Shown here piece after piece: positions 1 through 19,054 of a stretch of DNA of 64,000 bases (position 1 is its first letter; every line of letters starts with the position of its first letter). The stretch is from the human T2T-CHM13v2.0 reference genome, Homo sapiens, in assembly GCF_009914755.1 (NCBI RefSeq), contig NC_060934.1; one strand, given 5' to 3'. The notes under the pieces were generated by a model. It was not told where the DNA came from. It ran no database searches and saw nothing but the letters and a program-made list of their open reading frames with translations. The translations under genes and the position numbers were made by a program.

Positions 1-114
1 ACTTTCCATCCATCAATCGGTAATAAATACTATTGCTTCCAAATGTCTTAGATTGTACCCATTTCTCCATTATCACTGTCACTCATTTTCTCTCAACTGT
101 ACCCTCACTTCCTC

Positions 115-410
115 TTTTTAAAAATTTTTTAGAGATGGGGTCTCTGTCACCCAGGCTGGCAATACAGTGGTGTAATCATAGCTCACTACAGACTAAAACT
201 CTTGGGCTCAAGCGATCCTCCCACCTCAGCCTCCCAAGTAGCTGGGACTACAGGCCTGCACCACTGTGCCCAGCTAAGTTCTTTACTTTTTGTAGAGATA
301 GGGTCTCACTATGTTGCCTAGGCTGGTCTCCAACTCCTGGCTTCAAGCAATTCTCCCTCCTCAGTTTCTCAAAGAGCTAGGGTTACAGGTGTGAGCCACC
401 ATGCCTGGCC
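115..410 (-). mobile_element. Alu (AluJ-like), full length
   Basis: Antisense Alu dimer ending ...gtgagccaccatgcctggcc; flanked by the repeat cctcacttcct (about 103-113 and 414-424) as TSD. Confidence 0.9.
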
Positions 411-505
411 TCACCTCACTTCCTTTTCAATTCAATGTTACTAAGACCCCAGTCGGGTCATATCACTACACTTTATAATAGTCTTCCTGAGCACTCCATT
501 GTCTC

Positions 506-688
506 CAGCGGTGCTATCCAACAAACTTCCTGCAATGATGGAAACTTCTATGTCTGTGCTCTCCAGCATGGTTACCCCTAGCCACATGTGGTTATAGAGC
601 ATTTGAAATGTGGCTAGTATAACTGAGGAAATGAATTTTTAATTATGACTAATTCTAATTAGCCCCATGTGACTTGTGCCAGCACAGG
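506..688. mobile_element. MER3-like hAT MITE
   Basis: cagcggtgctatccaa...tgcaatgatggaaa...tagccacatgtgg...tgaaatgtggctagt...actgaggaa matches MER3 as recalled. Confidence 0.75.
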
Positions 689-1357
689 TCTGGAGGATAG
701 AGCTCCCCCAACCTGGCTTGGCAAATGCCACATTCCCCACCCCAACACCTGTCTGCTTATCTTTTTCTGACATTCTTTGTAGTTTTATACATCTGTGCTT
801 TTGTATATGTTGTGCCCTTTACCTAGAAGTCCTTTCTCATCTTTTCTATTCAGCTTTGCAAACCTATGTCAAATGTCACCTCCTCTCAAGTCTTTTGACA
901 TCACACACCAAGACACAGACTTCCTTTTTCTTCTGTGCCTCCCTGCATATTAATACTTATACCTCATTATTTTTTAACTATGTGTTTGTCTTCTTCCAAA
1001 CAAATTATAATCTCCTCTAGTGTAGACCCTTGCTTAGTTTCTTTAACTTACTAAACATTTGTAGAGTGCACAAACAAATAAATGAAACACAGAAAACTAA
1101 TTATGGTCAATAGCTGAATACCTATACCTTGGGTTGAGGGCATTAGTAATCTCATGTTTTTGTCATTTTTAATCATCTTAAATCATTGGTACAGTGCCTG
1201 TCAAAGTACCAACTGCAACAACTGACTGTGAAATAAGTTGGCAAAAGATTTATGCTTGTCAATCTGACCCTATATTCTTAAGGCTCTACCCTTGTACTAA
1301 ATCTGATTCTCAAAGAGGCATATACCTAACTTCCCTAAGAAATACTAAGCACTACAG

Positions 1358-1586
1358 CAAGCTTGCCCGACCCGCAGCCCACAGGCCACATGTGGCCCAG
1401 GATGGCTTTGAATGCAGCCCAACACAAATTCATAAACTTTCTAAAAATGTTATGAGATTTTTTTTTTTTTTACATTTTTTTTTAGCTCATCAGCTATTGT
1501 TAGTATTAGTGTACTTCATGCGTGGCCCAAGATAATTCTTCTTCTTCCAATGTGACTCAGGGAAGTCAAAAGATTGGACAACCCTG
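1358..1586 (-). mobile_element. MER30 hAT MITE
   Basis: Termini caagcttg... and ...ttggacaaccctg; perfect 8-bp TSD CACTACAG at 1350-1357 and 1587-1594. Confidence 0.9.
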
Positions 1587-2489
1587 CACTACAGTGTAAC
1601 ACTATGGTCTCATTTTGTGTGTGTGCAAGTCACTATTTAAACAACAGTCATATGAAGACTGAATTTTTAAAATAATTCTATCAAAAACAGTGTCCATTAT
1701 GTGGTTCTGTGCTCCTTATAGAAAGACCTACATGAGAGCTCTTTCATGAGTACAATTCTAGAGAGATTGCATCCTTTCTAACAAACTTGCACACATCCTT
1801 TTAGAAGCTAATGACAGCTACATGACCCTACACATTTCCCATCAGCGCTAAGAAGCATGGAGTTAAGTTGCATGCATTATTAATTAATAGCTTTTTATTT
1901 AAAGCTCAAGGTAAATTCCATTCTTAATCTCTGTCTTAATGGTTTTATTGGTTCTAGGCCATTTGTTGTTAGTAGTCTCAGATCATTTTATATTATCAAA
2001 TGTCCTTTTAGATACTATAAATGTTAAATAAATAAAATATACAACGTTTCCCATTTTAAATGATCTATTTGCTTGTATCTGTCTTTTCTCTGCAGCAGAT
2101 TAATGCCTTAAAGACAGGAACTCACCTTTTCTCACCTGCGGCATCCTCACTGTGGCTGTCACACCATCCTGCATATAGTCAGTACTCAATAAATAGTTAT
2201 TGAGTAATGGTATTGAAGCTAATTAATTCATCCAAAATAAAATCTTTGTGGTCTAATTCTAACATTGAAAAAAACTACTTGTAAAGCTGAGCTCTATATT
2301 AATAAATCTTAAGGCTAAAACAAAAAATTATGTTTAGTTTCATTAACAGTCAAAGAAATAAAAATCAAAATACTAAGTTACTATTCTTGGATTGTCTCAT
2401 TAGCAAATTTTTTTAAAATGATAAGCTACATGCTAGCTAGCAAACATCTTGAGAAATAAATGGCATTCTAATCACTGGGGGTGAGAGTT

Positions 2490-3175
2490 ATCCCTTTTTC
2501 TAGAAGAAAATTTGGCAATATGGATGAAAAGCTTCAAAAATGTTTATATCTTTGATATTGCAATTTTATTTATGAAGATGTTTAACCTAAGAACACAGTA
2601 AATGTGTAAAAAAAAAAGTCATATCCAAGGATGTTCATCACATTATAACTTACTATAGTGACAAATTGAAAATCACTTCAATATTGAACAATAGGGGAAT
2701 AAAAAGTGGCACAAAAGTTGCAATTTGTCAACAATTATATCACATGTTCTTTTGGGGTAAATTCCTAGGAAATTGCTAGCAATCCTTTTTCCTAGGAATT
2801 TACCCCCTTCTATCTAGCAATCCTTTTCTTGGAATTTTTCCAAAGAGAACATGTGAAACAGTATATACAAAAAGATATTTATCTCAGCATAATTTTAAAT
2901 GTCCAGCTCTAGGAAATTGGAAAAGTGAAACTTGGAACTTTCATGTGATAGAATACTAGGCAGCTATTAACATGGTGTTGTAGAAGAAAATTTACTGACA
3001 TGGGAAAATGAGCACAATAAATTGTTTAGATACAAATATAGTCTATACAAAAGTATTCATAAAATGTAATCATTTCTGTAGTTTAAAGCTATGTTCACAT
3101 TTAGATATACCATTGTGCTTTTCTGTACTTTTCAAATTGCTTACAATGAACAAGTATTATATTTTCAAATCAGGA
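2490..3175 (+). mobile_element. Ancient L1M(E) 3' fragments
   Basis: Degenerate ORF2-end/3'UTR motifs (tttggcaata, ctagcaatcc...ctaggaattta, ggatgttcatca, gaatactaggcagctattaa). Confidence 0.55.
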
Positions 3176-4120
3176 AACCTTCCAAGATAGATACGTGTTT
3201 ATGATTTTAAAGCCTAAGTATGAAAACAGCTAACAATAAAATGTCAGAACCCTCTGAAGAAAGTGGTTCTCTAGGTGTGGATCAGGCACTTTATTCTCTG
3301 TCCTTAGGCACTTCAGAGAAGCTCTATTAGGGTTTTAGGCAGTGCACTTCTTAAGCATCTGAACCATGTCAGGAAGCCAGGTTTACTAAGGCAGGAGCCT
3401 TTTATCTTCTCTGTGCCCACACACAGACCCGAGCCTGCTTTCTCCCTGTTTTCTGGCTCTAACCACCACAGGGTCTGGCACCCCGATCATGGTTTCTCCA
3501 TCAGAGGGGCTCATAAGCCCGAAAAAAAGAGCACAACCTCTAGGACTGAGGCAGAAGAATGCAAGAGAAAATGGCCTCATCATGTTTTCTGTTTGGCTGC
3601 TGCACCCCAATATATGGGCCTGTGCCTTACCACAAAAATGTAAAACAGTGTTTTGCTTTCTGGTATATTTTGCCAATTATTATTTAGAGGCACTAAGTGG
3701 TACTAACAGGTCTGAAAAGAGATAATGTGTCTGGCAAAGTCCCAAAACTAATCTTTTATTTAATTCAACTAAAAAAATGTTACTGAGCACCTTAACACTT
3801 CAGGGAACTATGTTACTTGATGTGAAATGTAGAAAAGGCAGGGACCTGATATTCAGTAGGCAGCTGCCAGAAATCAGGTGCCAAGCTTGAGCTTCACATT
3901 CCTGATCGCTTGCACTCTGTCAGTCACCTTGGGAAGTAGTTACTCTAATCTCTATCTAACAAACGGCATAGTGGTGCGAGCAGAAACAGAGTTCCCAAGC
4001 CCAGATTCTAGGTGGTGGAGCTAGAATTCGAACTCAGATCCACCTGATCCTAAAGCCCATGGTTTGCCCATTATTTATCAATCTCTACCTTACTGGAGTT
4101 TATAAGTCATGTGTCTAATA

Positions 4121-4172
4121 TGAAGAAGAAAAGAAGAAGAAGTAGGAGGAGGCAGAGGAGGAGGAGGAGGAG
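4121..4172 (+). repeat. GAA/GGA purine-rich low-complexity tract
   Basis: gaagaagaaaagaagaagaagtaggaggaggcagaggaggaggaggaggag. Confidence 0.85.
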
Positions 4173-5683
4173 ATGTCTTCTAAGCACATTTCAAAACTCT
4201 AAAGGAAGACAAAAGGAGAGTGCCTGTTAAGGGATAGTGGAGGAAAATTGTCACAAAAGAAAAAGGCGGCACAGAGACCAGGCCATGGAGTTTTGATAGG
4301 ATTCCACCAAGATGGCAGCGACGACATTCCAGCAAGAGATGGGCACAGAGATAGGATCAAGGGCGTTAAGCTTGAGAACTGGTGAGTGTTCCTGGGTGCC
4401 TGAAGCAATAGATGGAAACACAGCAAGTGAGCCCAACTTAAGCCAAGCCAGAGAGAGGCCTGAATTGATTCTATGGGTAGTTTTTGAGCAGAGGAACAGC
4501 ACAATCGGTATTGTGCTTCAGAACATGTTTACTCACAAGCATTTGCTCCAGGGAGTGTTTTTCCCCATTTAATTTCATAAGGAATCTTGGTCTTCAAAGA
4601 GCAAATAATGGCCATCTTGAAAGGTAAGGTCAGAAGTTTGTTGTTTGTTTTTTTTTTTGTTTTGTTTTTGTCCTTTTCTATTTTTAGTATGTGGATTTCC
4701 TTATCTAGGTTCTTAACTACAATGTAAATCTGACCATTTAGGAACTCACTGTCTGAGCCTCACATATTAGTCCTTCATCATAGACCAATGTTATTTTCCC
4801 ATGCACCAAATTTCTTCAATACAGGCAAATGTGGATTTGTTGCTAAGATATTTCAATAAGCTCAGCTTGGTTAATGAAGAATACCGACGTTGACGAATGG
4901 GTGAGTCCATCAGTGGCCCCCTTAGGGGCTGTGTCATTGCAACCTCCCTGCTCACTGAAATCAGCTCGAGTGCCTCAGTGTTTCAGGATGGAAAGAAAGC
5001 TGGGCTGACCAGACAAAACCAGTGGAGACTTAACTTGGAAGCAGAAAAGACAAATGTACATGAACGTAAAGAGCTGGAGAGATGAGTACGGGCTGCTTCC
5101 TTTTTTGTTGTAACTCTTCAATTCTGCCTGACAATCAATTCAATTTAATATAACCCCTTGGGAAGCACACTTTCTTCCTGAGCAGAGAACCGCAAAATGT
5201 CAAAAATACATAAAAGGTGGCTTACATCTGGAAGAGGAAAGACAGTTATGCTTCTAGAAGGAAAACCCTTGAGTTGGACCCCCAGAATTAAGCAGTTGCA
5301 GTGCTCATCTGTTAATGTTTCTTTATTCCTATCAGAAGGACTGCAGTTTAAGGATGAGTTCAAAACTCCTCACTCAATATTCCAAATAGATTATGAGCCC
5401 CAGTACTGAAAATGAAATTTAAGGTATAATGATCAGCTTAGATAAAGATACTGGGAATAGGACATGGGTCTCCACTCCTCCCCTTCCCTCCTCCTCTCCC
5501 CCACCCCCACTCCCAGGCCCTCAGCACCTCACACCTGAATTCCTTCACAGTTACCTCTTTTGTTCACCTCTTCTTACTCTTTTTCTATTCCAGTTCACCC
5601 TGCAATAAGCTCCCTTTGAGGCTATATGTCCGATCATCTACCATTCACAACTCCCTACTGCTTCCCCCTGGTCTGGATTTTCA

Positions 5684-6292
<609 letters not shown>

Positions 6293-6863
6293 TCACTATT
6301 TTTCAGTATGTCTATTCTGTTCCATGTGCTCCAGCCAACTCACCCCTCAACCAGGTTGTAAAGAACTCTTCCTTCTCAGGACATTTCTTTGGCTCTTGGC
6401 CATGTCATGCCTTGCAGTCCATTTCTGATGCATTTTCATCTCTGCATGTCTTGTCTGTCCAAGTGGACTATAAGTTCAGTGCAGAGACACTCAGCACTCA
6501 TTCACACATGGAATGTCCACCCACAGACATATGGCTTATGCTACTTCCCTGTGCCCGCTGACACCCTCCTCCACCCTAACTCCACTCCACTCCACAGTCA
6601 GGATCTGAGCCCTCCTTTTTTGCAGCTACCTCTTGCCTCCTTCAATCATTTCTGGCAGCTCCAGTCTGTTCTGACTTGCCCTCCTCTGATTGAGTTCACA
6701 TCTGGTCAGTACCACATGATGTAGCATGTCATTATCCCTGCCATGAACATTATTCCTTTTCTCTGGTTGTTGCAGGTGTTACTTTTCTCTCCCTGACTGA
6801 ACTGCAGTTTCATTGAGAAACGGGCTGGGTCTTAGCACTTCTCGATGAAGGCAGATGGCCTGA

Positions 6864-7146
<283 letters not shown>

Positions 7147-9246
7147 TCTCCCTCTCCCTCTCCCTCTCCCTCTCCCTCTCCCTGTCCCTCTCCCTCTCCC
7201 TGTCCCTGTCCCTGTCCCTCTCCCTCTCCCTCTCCCTCTCCCTCTCCCTCCACGGTCTCCCTCTGATGCCGAGCCGAAGCTGGACTGTACTGCTGCCATC
7301 TCGGCTCACTGCAACCTCCCTGCCTGATTCTCCTGCCTCAGCCTGAGGAGTGCCTGCGATTGCAGGCGCGCGCCGCCACGCCTGACTGGTTTTCGGTTTT
7401 TTTTGGTGGAGACGGGGTTTTGCTGTGTTGGCCGGGCTGGTCTCCAGCTCCTAACCACGAGTGATCCGCCAGCCTCGGCCTCCCGAGGTGCCGGGATTGC
7501 AGACGGAGTCTCGTTCACTCAGTGCTCAATGGTGCCCAGGCTGGAGTGCAGTGGCGTGATCTCGGCTCGCTACAACCACCTCCCAGCCGCCTGCCTTGGC
7601 CTCCCAAAGTGCCGAGATTGCAGCCTCTGCCCGGCCGCCACCCCGTCTGGGAAGTGAGGAGCGTCTCTGCCTGGCCGCCCATCGTCTGGGATATGAGGAG
7701 CCCCTCTGCCTGGCTGCCCAGTCTGGAAAGTGAGGAGCGTCTCTGCCCGGCCGCCCATCGTCTGAGATGTGGGGAGCACCTCTGCCCCGCCGCCCTGTCT
7801 GGGATGTGAGGAGCGCCTCTGCCCGGCCGCCCCGTCTGAGAAGTGAGGAAACCCTCTGCCTGGCAACCGCCCCGTCTGAGAAGTGAGGAGCCCCTCCGTC
7901 CGGCAGCCACCCCGTCTGGGAAGTGAGGAGCATCTCCGCCCGGCCAGCTGCCCCGTCCGGGAGGGAGGTGGGGGGGTCAGCCCCCCGCCCGGCCAGCCGC
8001 CCAGTCCGGGAGGGGGGAGGGGGGGTCAGCCCCCAGCCGGGCCAGCTGCCCCGTCCGGGAGGTGAGGGGCGCCTCTGCCCGGCCGCCCCTACTGGGAAGT
8101 GAGGACCCCTCTGCCCGGCCAGCCGCCCCGTCCGGGAGGGAGGTGGGGGGGTCAGCCCCCCGCCCGGCCAGCCGCCCCGTCCGGGAGGGAGGTGGGGGGA
8201 TCAGCCCCCAGCCGGGCCAGCCGCCCCGTCCGGGAGGTGAGGGGCGCCTCTGCCGGGCCGCCCCTACTGGGAAGTGAGGACCCCTCTGCCCGGCCAGCCG
8301 CCCCGTTCGGGAGGGAGGTGGGGGGATCAGCCCCCAGCCGGGCCAGCCGCCCTGTCCGGGAGGTGAGGGGTGCCTCTGCCTGGCCGCACCTACTGGGAAG
8401 TGAGGAGCCCCTCTGCCTGGCCAGCCGCCCCGTCCGGGAGGGAGGCGGGGGGGGGGGGGGTCGGCCAGCCGCCCCGTCCGGGAGGGAGGTGGGGGGATCA
8501 GCCCCCCGCCTGGCCAGCCGCCCCGTCCGGGAGGTGAGGGGCGCCTCTGCCCGGCCGCCCCTACTGGGAAGTGAGGACCCCTCTGCCTGGCCAGCCGCCC
8601 TGTCCGGGAGGGAGGTGGGGGGGTCAGCCCCCCGCCCGGCCAGCCGCCCCATCCGGGAGGTGAGGGGTGCTTCTGCCCGGCCGCCCCTACTGGAAAGTGA
8701 GGAGCCCCTCTGCCCGGCCACGACCCCATCTGGGAGGTGTGCCCAGCGGCTCATTGGGGATGGGCCATGATGACAATGGCGGTTTTGTGGAATAGAAAGG
8801 CGGGAAGGGTGGGGAAAAAATTGAGAAATCGGATGGTTGCCGGGTCTGTGTGGATAGAAGTAGACGTGGGAGACTTTTCATTTTGTTCTGTACTAAGAAG
8901 GGTTCTTCTGCCTTGGGATCCTGTTGATCTGTGACCTTGTCCCCAACCCTGTGCTCTCTGAAACATGTGCTGTGTCCACTCAGGGTTAAATGGATTAAGG
9001 GCGGTGCAAGATGTGCTTTGTTAAACAGATGCTTGAAGGCAGCATGCTCGTTAAGAGTCATCACCACTCCCTAATCTCAAGTACCCAGGGACACAAACAC
9101 TGCGGAAGGCCGCAGGGTCCTCTGCCTAGGAAAACCAGAGACCTTTGTTCACTTGTTTATCTGCTGACCTTCCCTCCACTGTTGTCCTATGACCCTGCCG
9201 AATCCCCCTCTGCGAGAAACACCCAAGAATGATCAATTAAAAAAAA

Positions 9247-9275
<29 letters not shown>
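7147..9275 (+). mobile_element. Full-length SVA retrotransposon, probably SVA_E
   Basis: (CCCTCT)n head with CCCTGT variants (7147-7250), Alu-like domain (about 7251-7625), GC-rich VNTR (about 7625-8735), SINE-R (about 8736-9236) and A/(TAAA)n tail. TSD AAAGGCATGAGCC at 7134-7146 and 9276-9288. SINE-R motifs tgcccagcggctcattggggatgggcc and gccgggtctgtgtggatagaag are SVA_E-type as recalled. Confidence 0.95.
7625..8735 (+). repeat. SVA VNTR (CpG-rich, G-quadruplex-prone)
   Basis: Repeated gtgaggagcccctctgcccggcc / gccccgtccgggagggaggtggggggg units; G14 run at 8447-8460. Confidence 0.92.
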
Positions 9276-9277
<2 letters not shown>

Positions 9278-9465
9278 AGGCATGAGCCACCACGCCCAGC
9301 CTCTTTTTGACAAACTGCATTCAAGGGTCATCGGATGAGTTTGAGACCCACTTAATTCCAGCAGAAGAGAATGTTCTCTTTCTGTTTTGCCAACCTCATC
9401 TTCATATTCAACTGTTGCAAATAACTCTCATAAATGTCATGCATACTTATAAAACAGTATGTTTT

Positions 9466-10797
<1,332 letters not shown>

Positions 10798-11814
10798 CTG
10801 GGGAAAAAACAGAGCAGAAAAACCAGAAACTCTAAAAATCAGAGCGCCTCTCCTCCACCAAAGGAACGCAGCTCCTCACCAGCAATGGAACAAAGCTGGA
10901 CGGAGAATGACTTTGACGAGTTGAGAGAGGAAGGCTTCAGAAGATCAAACTACTCCGAGCTAAAGGAGGAAGTTCGAACCAATGGCAAAGAAGTTAAAAA
11001 CTTTGAAAAAAAATTAGACGAATGGATAGCTAGAATAACCAATGCACAGAAGTCCTTAAAGGACCTGATGGAGCTGAAAACCATGGCAAGAGAACTATGT
11101 GATGAATGCACAAGCCTCAGTAACTGATGCAATGAACTGGAAGAAATGGTATCAGTGATGGAAGACGAAATGAATGAAATGAAGCGTGAAGAGAAGTTTA
11201 GAGAAAAAAGAATAAAAAGAAATGAACAAAGCCTCCAAGAAATATGGGACTATGTGAAAAGACCAAATCTACCTCTAATTGGTGTACCTGAAAGTGACAT
11301 GGAGAATGGAACCAAGTTGGAAAACACTCTGCAGGATATAATCCAGGAGAACTTCCCCAATCTAGCAAGGCAGGCCAACATTCAAATTCAGGATATACAG
11401 AGAACACCACAACAATACTCCTCGAGAAGAGCAACTCCAAGACACATAATTGTCAGATTCACCAAAGTTGAAAGGAAGGAAAAAATGTTAAGGGCAGCCA
11501 GAGAGAAAGGTCGGGTTACCTGCAAAGGGAAGCCCAACAGACTAACAGCTGATCTCTCCACAGAAACTCTACAAGCCAGAAGAGAGTGGGGGCCAATATT
11601 CAACATTCTTAAAGAAAAGAATTTTCAACCCAGAATTTCATATCTGGCCAAACTAAGCTTCATAAATGAAGGAGAAATAAAATACTTTACAGACAAGCAA
11701 ATGCTGAGAGATTTTGTCACCACCAGGCCTGCCCTAAAAGAGCTCCTGAAGGAAGCACTAAACATGGAAAGGAACAACCCATACCAGCCACTGGAAAAAC
11801 ATGCCAAATTGTAA
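10798..11814 (+). pseudogene. L1 ORF1p (RNA-binding chaperone), disrupted
   Basis: Start codon ATG>CTG at 10798-10800; in-frame TGA at 11125-11127. Translations contain MEQSWTENDFDELREEGFRR, WDYVKRPNL and ARREWGPIFNILKEKNFQPRISY. Confidence 0.93.
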
Positions 11815-11877
11815 AGACCATCAAGGCTAGGAAGAAACTGCATCAACTAACGAGCAAAATAACCAGCTAACATCATA

Positions 11878-15699
<3,822 letters not shown>

Positions 15700-16423
15700 G
15701 CAAAGAGAACACACGGACATAGGAAGGGGAACATCACACACCGGGGACTGTTGTGGGGTGGGGGGAGGGGGGAGGGATAGCATTAGGAGATATACCTAAT
15801 GCTAAATGACGAGTTAATGGGTGCAGCACACCAACATGGTACATGTGTACATATGTAACAAACCTGCACGTTGTGCACATGTACCTAAAACTTAAAGTAT
15901 AATAATAATAATAAAGAAAGAAATTAATAAAAATCATTGTCAATTGATTTAAAAAAAAAAAAGTTTGTTTTAAAAGGAGAAACTACAGCCCTGTTGACCC
16001 CATTTCCATCTTGGACAAGCTTCAGTAATTGTGAGTGACAAACGTAGTCATCCCAGCCAAACCCATAGCAGGCATGTTTGTAAGGATACAGGGGAGTGCA
16101 CAAAATCCAGGGGCAGCACATGGAGAGACACATGGCTTCCTCAGAACCAGAGGTGAGAGCAGATGCCAAGACTATCCCAGCACCTCCTCAGAGATCACAA
16201 AGTCAGTGTTTCAACCCATAGCAGTGCCTTTCTCTGTTTCCTTGTGGCTTCTCAGCTCATGCACACCTTCGAACATTACATAGATAGGCACGTGCCTCTT
16301 CCTGCAGCCCCAATACTTGGAAAACTCTCTAGTGTCCCTCTGTTCAAATCTTCAGAGAGACAATTGGATTGGCTCATCCCAGGCTGTGGTTGGGTCCCCT
16401 TCTGTCAGGTGTCTGGTAGGTAA

Positions 16424-16811
<388 letters not shown>

Positions 16812-17072
16812 AAAGGACTGGTGTCTTTAGTGACACTTATTATTACTTGCAACACATTAAAAATGTGCTATAGGCTCCATCTCATTTAACCCCTTCTGTT
16901 TTCCAAATATGCTATTCTCTCAAATAGTGCTCCTAATTTTCAAGCGCACGGACAGAAAGAAATCAGCAACCTGGACCCCACCTGGGTTAGACTGAGTGTG
17001 CCTACTCAGTGAAGGTTGACACCAACAGGGTCTGTCTCAAGAAGCTTCTATCCTCTTAAAAATCCCCTAAGT

Positions 17073-17414
17073 CAGCGGTCCTAGCCTTTTTCACACCAGG
17101 GACCAGTTTCATGAAAGATAAATTCTCCATGGACCAGGGAGGTGGTTGGGGGATAGTTTCAGGATGAAACTGTTCTACTTCAGATCATCAAACATTAGAT
17201 CCTCATAAGGAGCACACGACCTAGATCCCTCATATGTGCAGTTCACAATAGGGTTTTCACTGCTATGAGAATCTAATGCCGCTGCTGATCTGACGGGAGG
17301 CAGAGCTCAGGCAGTAATGCTCACTTGCCCACCACTCACCTCCTGCTGTATGGCCAGGCTCCTAACAGACCACAGACCAGTACTGGACCTCAGCCTGGGG
17401 GATGGGGACCTCTG
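17073..17414 (+). mobile_element. MER1B hAT MITE
   Basis: cagcggtcc...ggggacctctg termini, about 340 bp; perfect 8-bp TSD CCCTAAGT at 17065-17072 and 17415-17422. Confidence 0.9.
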
Positions 17415-19054
17415 CCCTAAGTTTCGGTAGAATCAAACTTTGTGTCCAAATTGGGATACTACCTTTAACTAATAAGCTTGTATTCTGTTATTTGCATTTT
17501 GAGCTCATTAAAAATGCAATTTTCCTACGGTTCTCTCAAAATTCCATGCCTATGTGTTCTGTGAGGCTTCCCCAGTGAATACCTTTATATCATGGGATTT
17601 TTTTTTTCCTACTGGACAAGATAGTATATGTCGTTCAATAAAAAATACTTTGAGATATGAGATTTCTGTCTGAAAATCAGCACAATTTTTTTCAGATGAA
17701 AACTTCCAGGAAGAAGTTTGTTTTTAATTCTGTCAGGTTTTGGTGTTGCCAATCTTGTTTTCACTAAAACAAATAAGTTAGAAAAACTGGTTGCCATATC
17801 ATTGCATTATTGTCCTGTGATTCTCTATTCTGCAAGTTTTAACGTAGAAATTGTTCCCATAAAGTGAAGACCAAAAATAAATGAGAATTTCCACCAGACT
17901 TCCAACAAAAACATAGTCAAGTTGTAAATTGCAGAAACGAGAAATTTAATTAATTCTCCAGTAAAGAATTATGGAAACACAACTAGAATTTTATGAACTA
18001 AATGTGTATAACACCAAAGCCAAACTAAACATTTCTGAGACTATTTTTACCTTCAGTGATAATAAATTATTGAATTTTCTGCCAAAAGAAAGACTTATAG
18101 AAGCCACAAGACCCAGATTTAACAGAAAACAAATCAGTATTATTGGACATTAATGATTTTTGAGTCTTTGAGATGGATTTTACAGTCAACAACGATTCTG
18201 TCTTACTCACATTGAATCATGTAGAAAGGAGGGATTTTGAAATTGGCATTTCCCACACAATTTATTGCCTACAACTAAAGGCAAACACTGGTTTCCCCCG
18301 GTATCTCTCAACTTTACCTTCACTACTTCTGCATGAGAGCAGAACTCTCTTAACAAGCATTTGTGTGTGAAATCAGAACTCTGCTGTAGTGAAGAAGTTC
18401 TTCAGATCCTTTTTGCTACCACTCTCTTCCTGATCTCGTAGATATACTTTGATACATACAGTATTGCCTTTGCTTATAGACTCCCTAATCGTCTACCTGA
18501 TGCAATATACATATGAATGTATTGCTATTTTTAGCAGACAGTCAGATCCTTTTTTTCTGATTCTGAATATAGAGATAATACATTGTTCAATAATTTATTG
18601 CTCCTTTTTCTATGTTTCCGTGGCCAAGAGTACCTCTGTTTTAACATAAGTAATATAAATTGCCTTATGTACTGAGTAGCCAACCAAATCACAAATCTCT
18701 CCCTAGGCCATACTCCTTAAGGAAAGAGAGTGTCTCCAAAACCTTTGCATCTCCCAAGGTCCCTGGCATAGAACCTGGTGGTGCCAAGGAGTGTCTTGTG
18801 GGCGCTGCAGTGTCTCATCCTCAGCCATCCCGAATAAACACATAACCCAAGGGAAAACTGTACTTGGCAAACTCAACCTTAAGATCATTTCCCTAGTTCA
18901 TTCCTCTTCATCTTCCAACCTGGTTACATAACCCAAACCTTCTTCTTAAAATAGAAATTACAGAGCTGCCTGTCACTTAGTAGAAGGGGTCAGGAAATGG
19001 GGAGGGGAGGGAAGTCCAGAGAGAAGGAGACAAGAGAGGAAAAGGAAGAAGAGA

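Noticed and set aside
4375-4910. Consensus-like splice donors (G|GTGAGT near 4381 and 4900; also near 52819)
   Set aside because: No convincing paired acceptor or coding frame, and such motifs are expected by chance. Non-coding exons cannot be excluded without transcript data.
7625-8735. Repeat array that could be taken for CRISPR or a CpG-island promoter
   Set aside because: It is the SVA VNTR. There are no unique spacers, no cas genes, and the context is eukaryotic.
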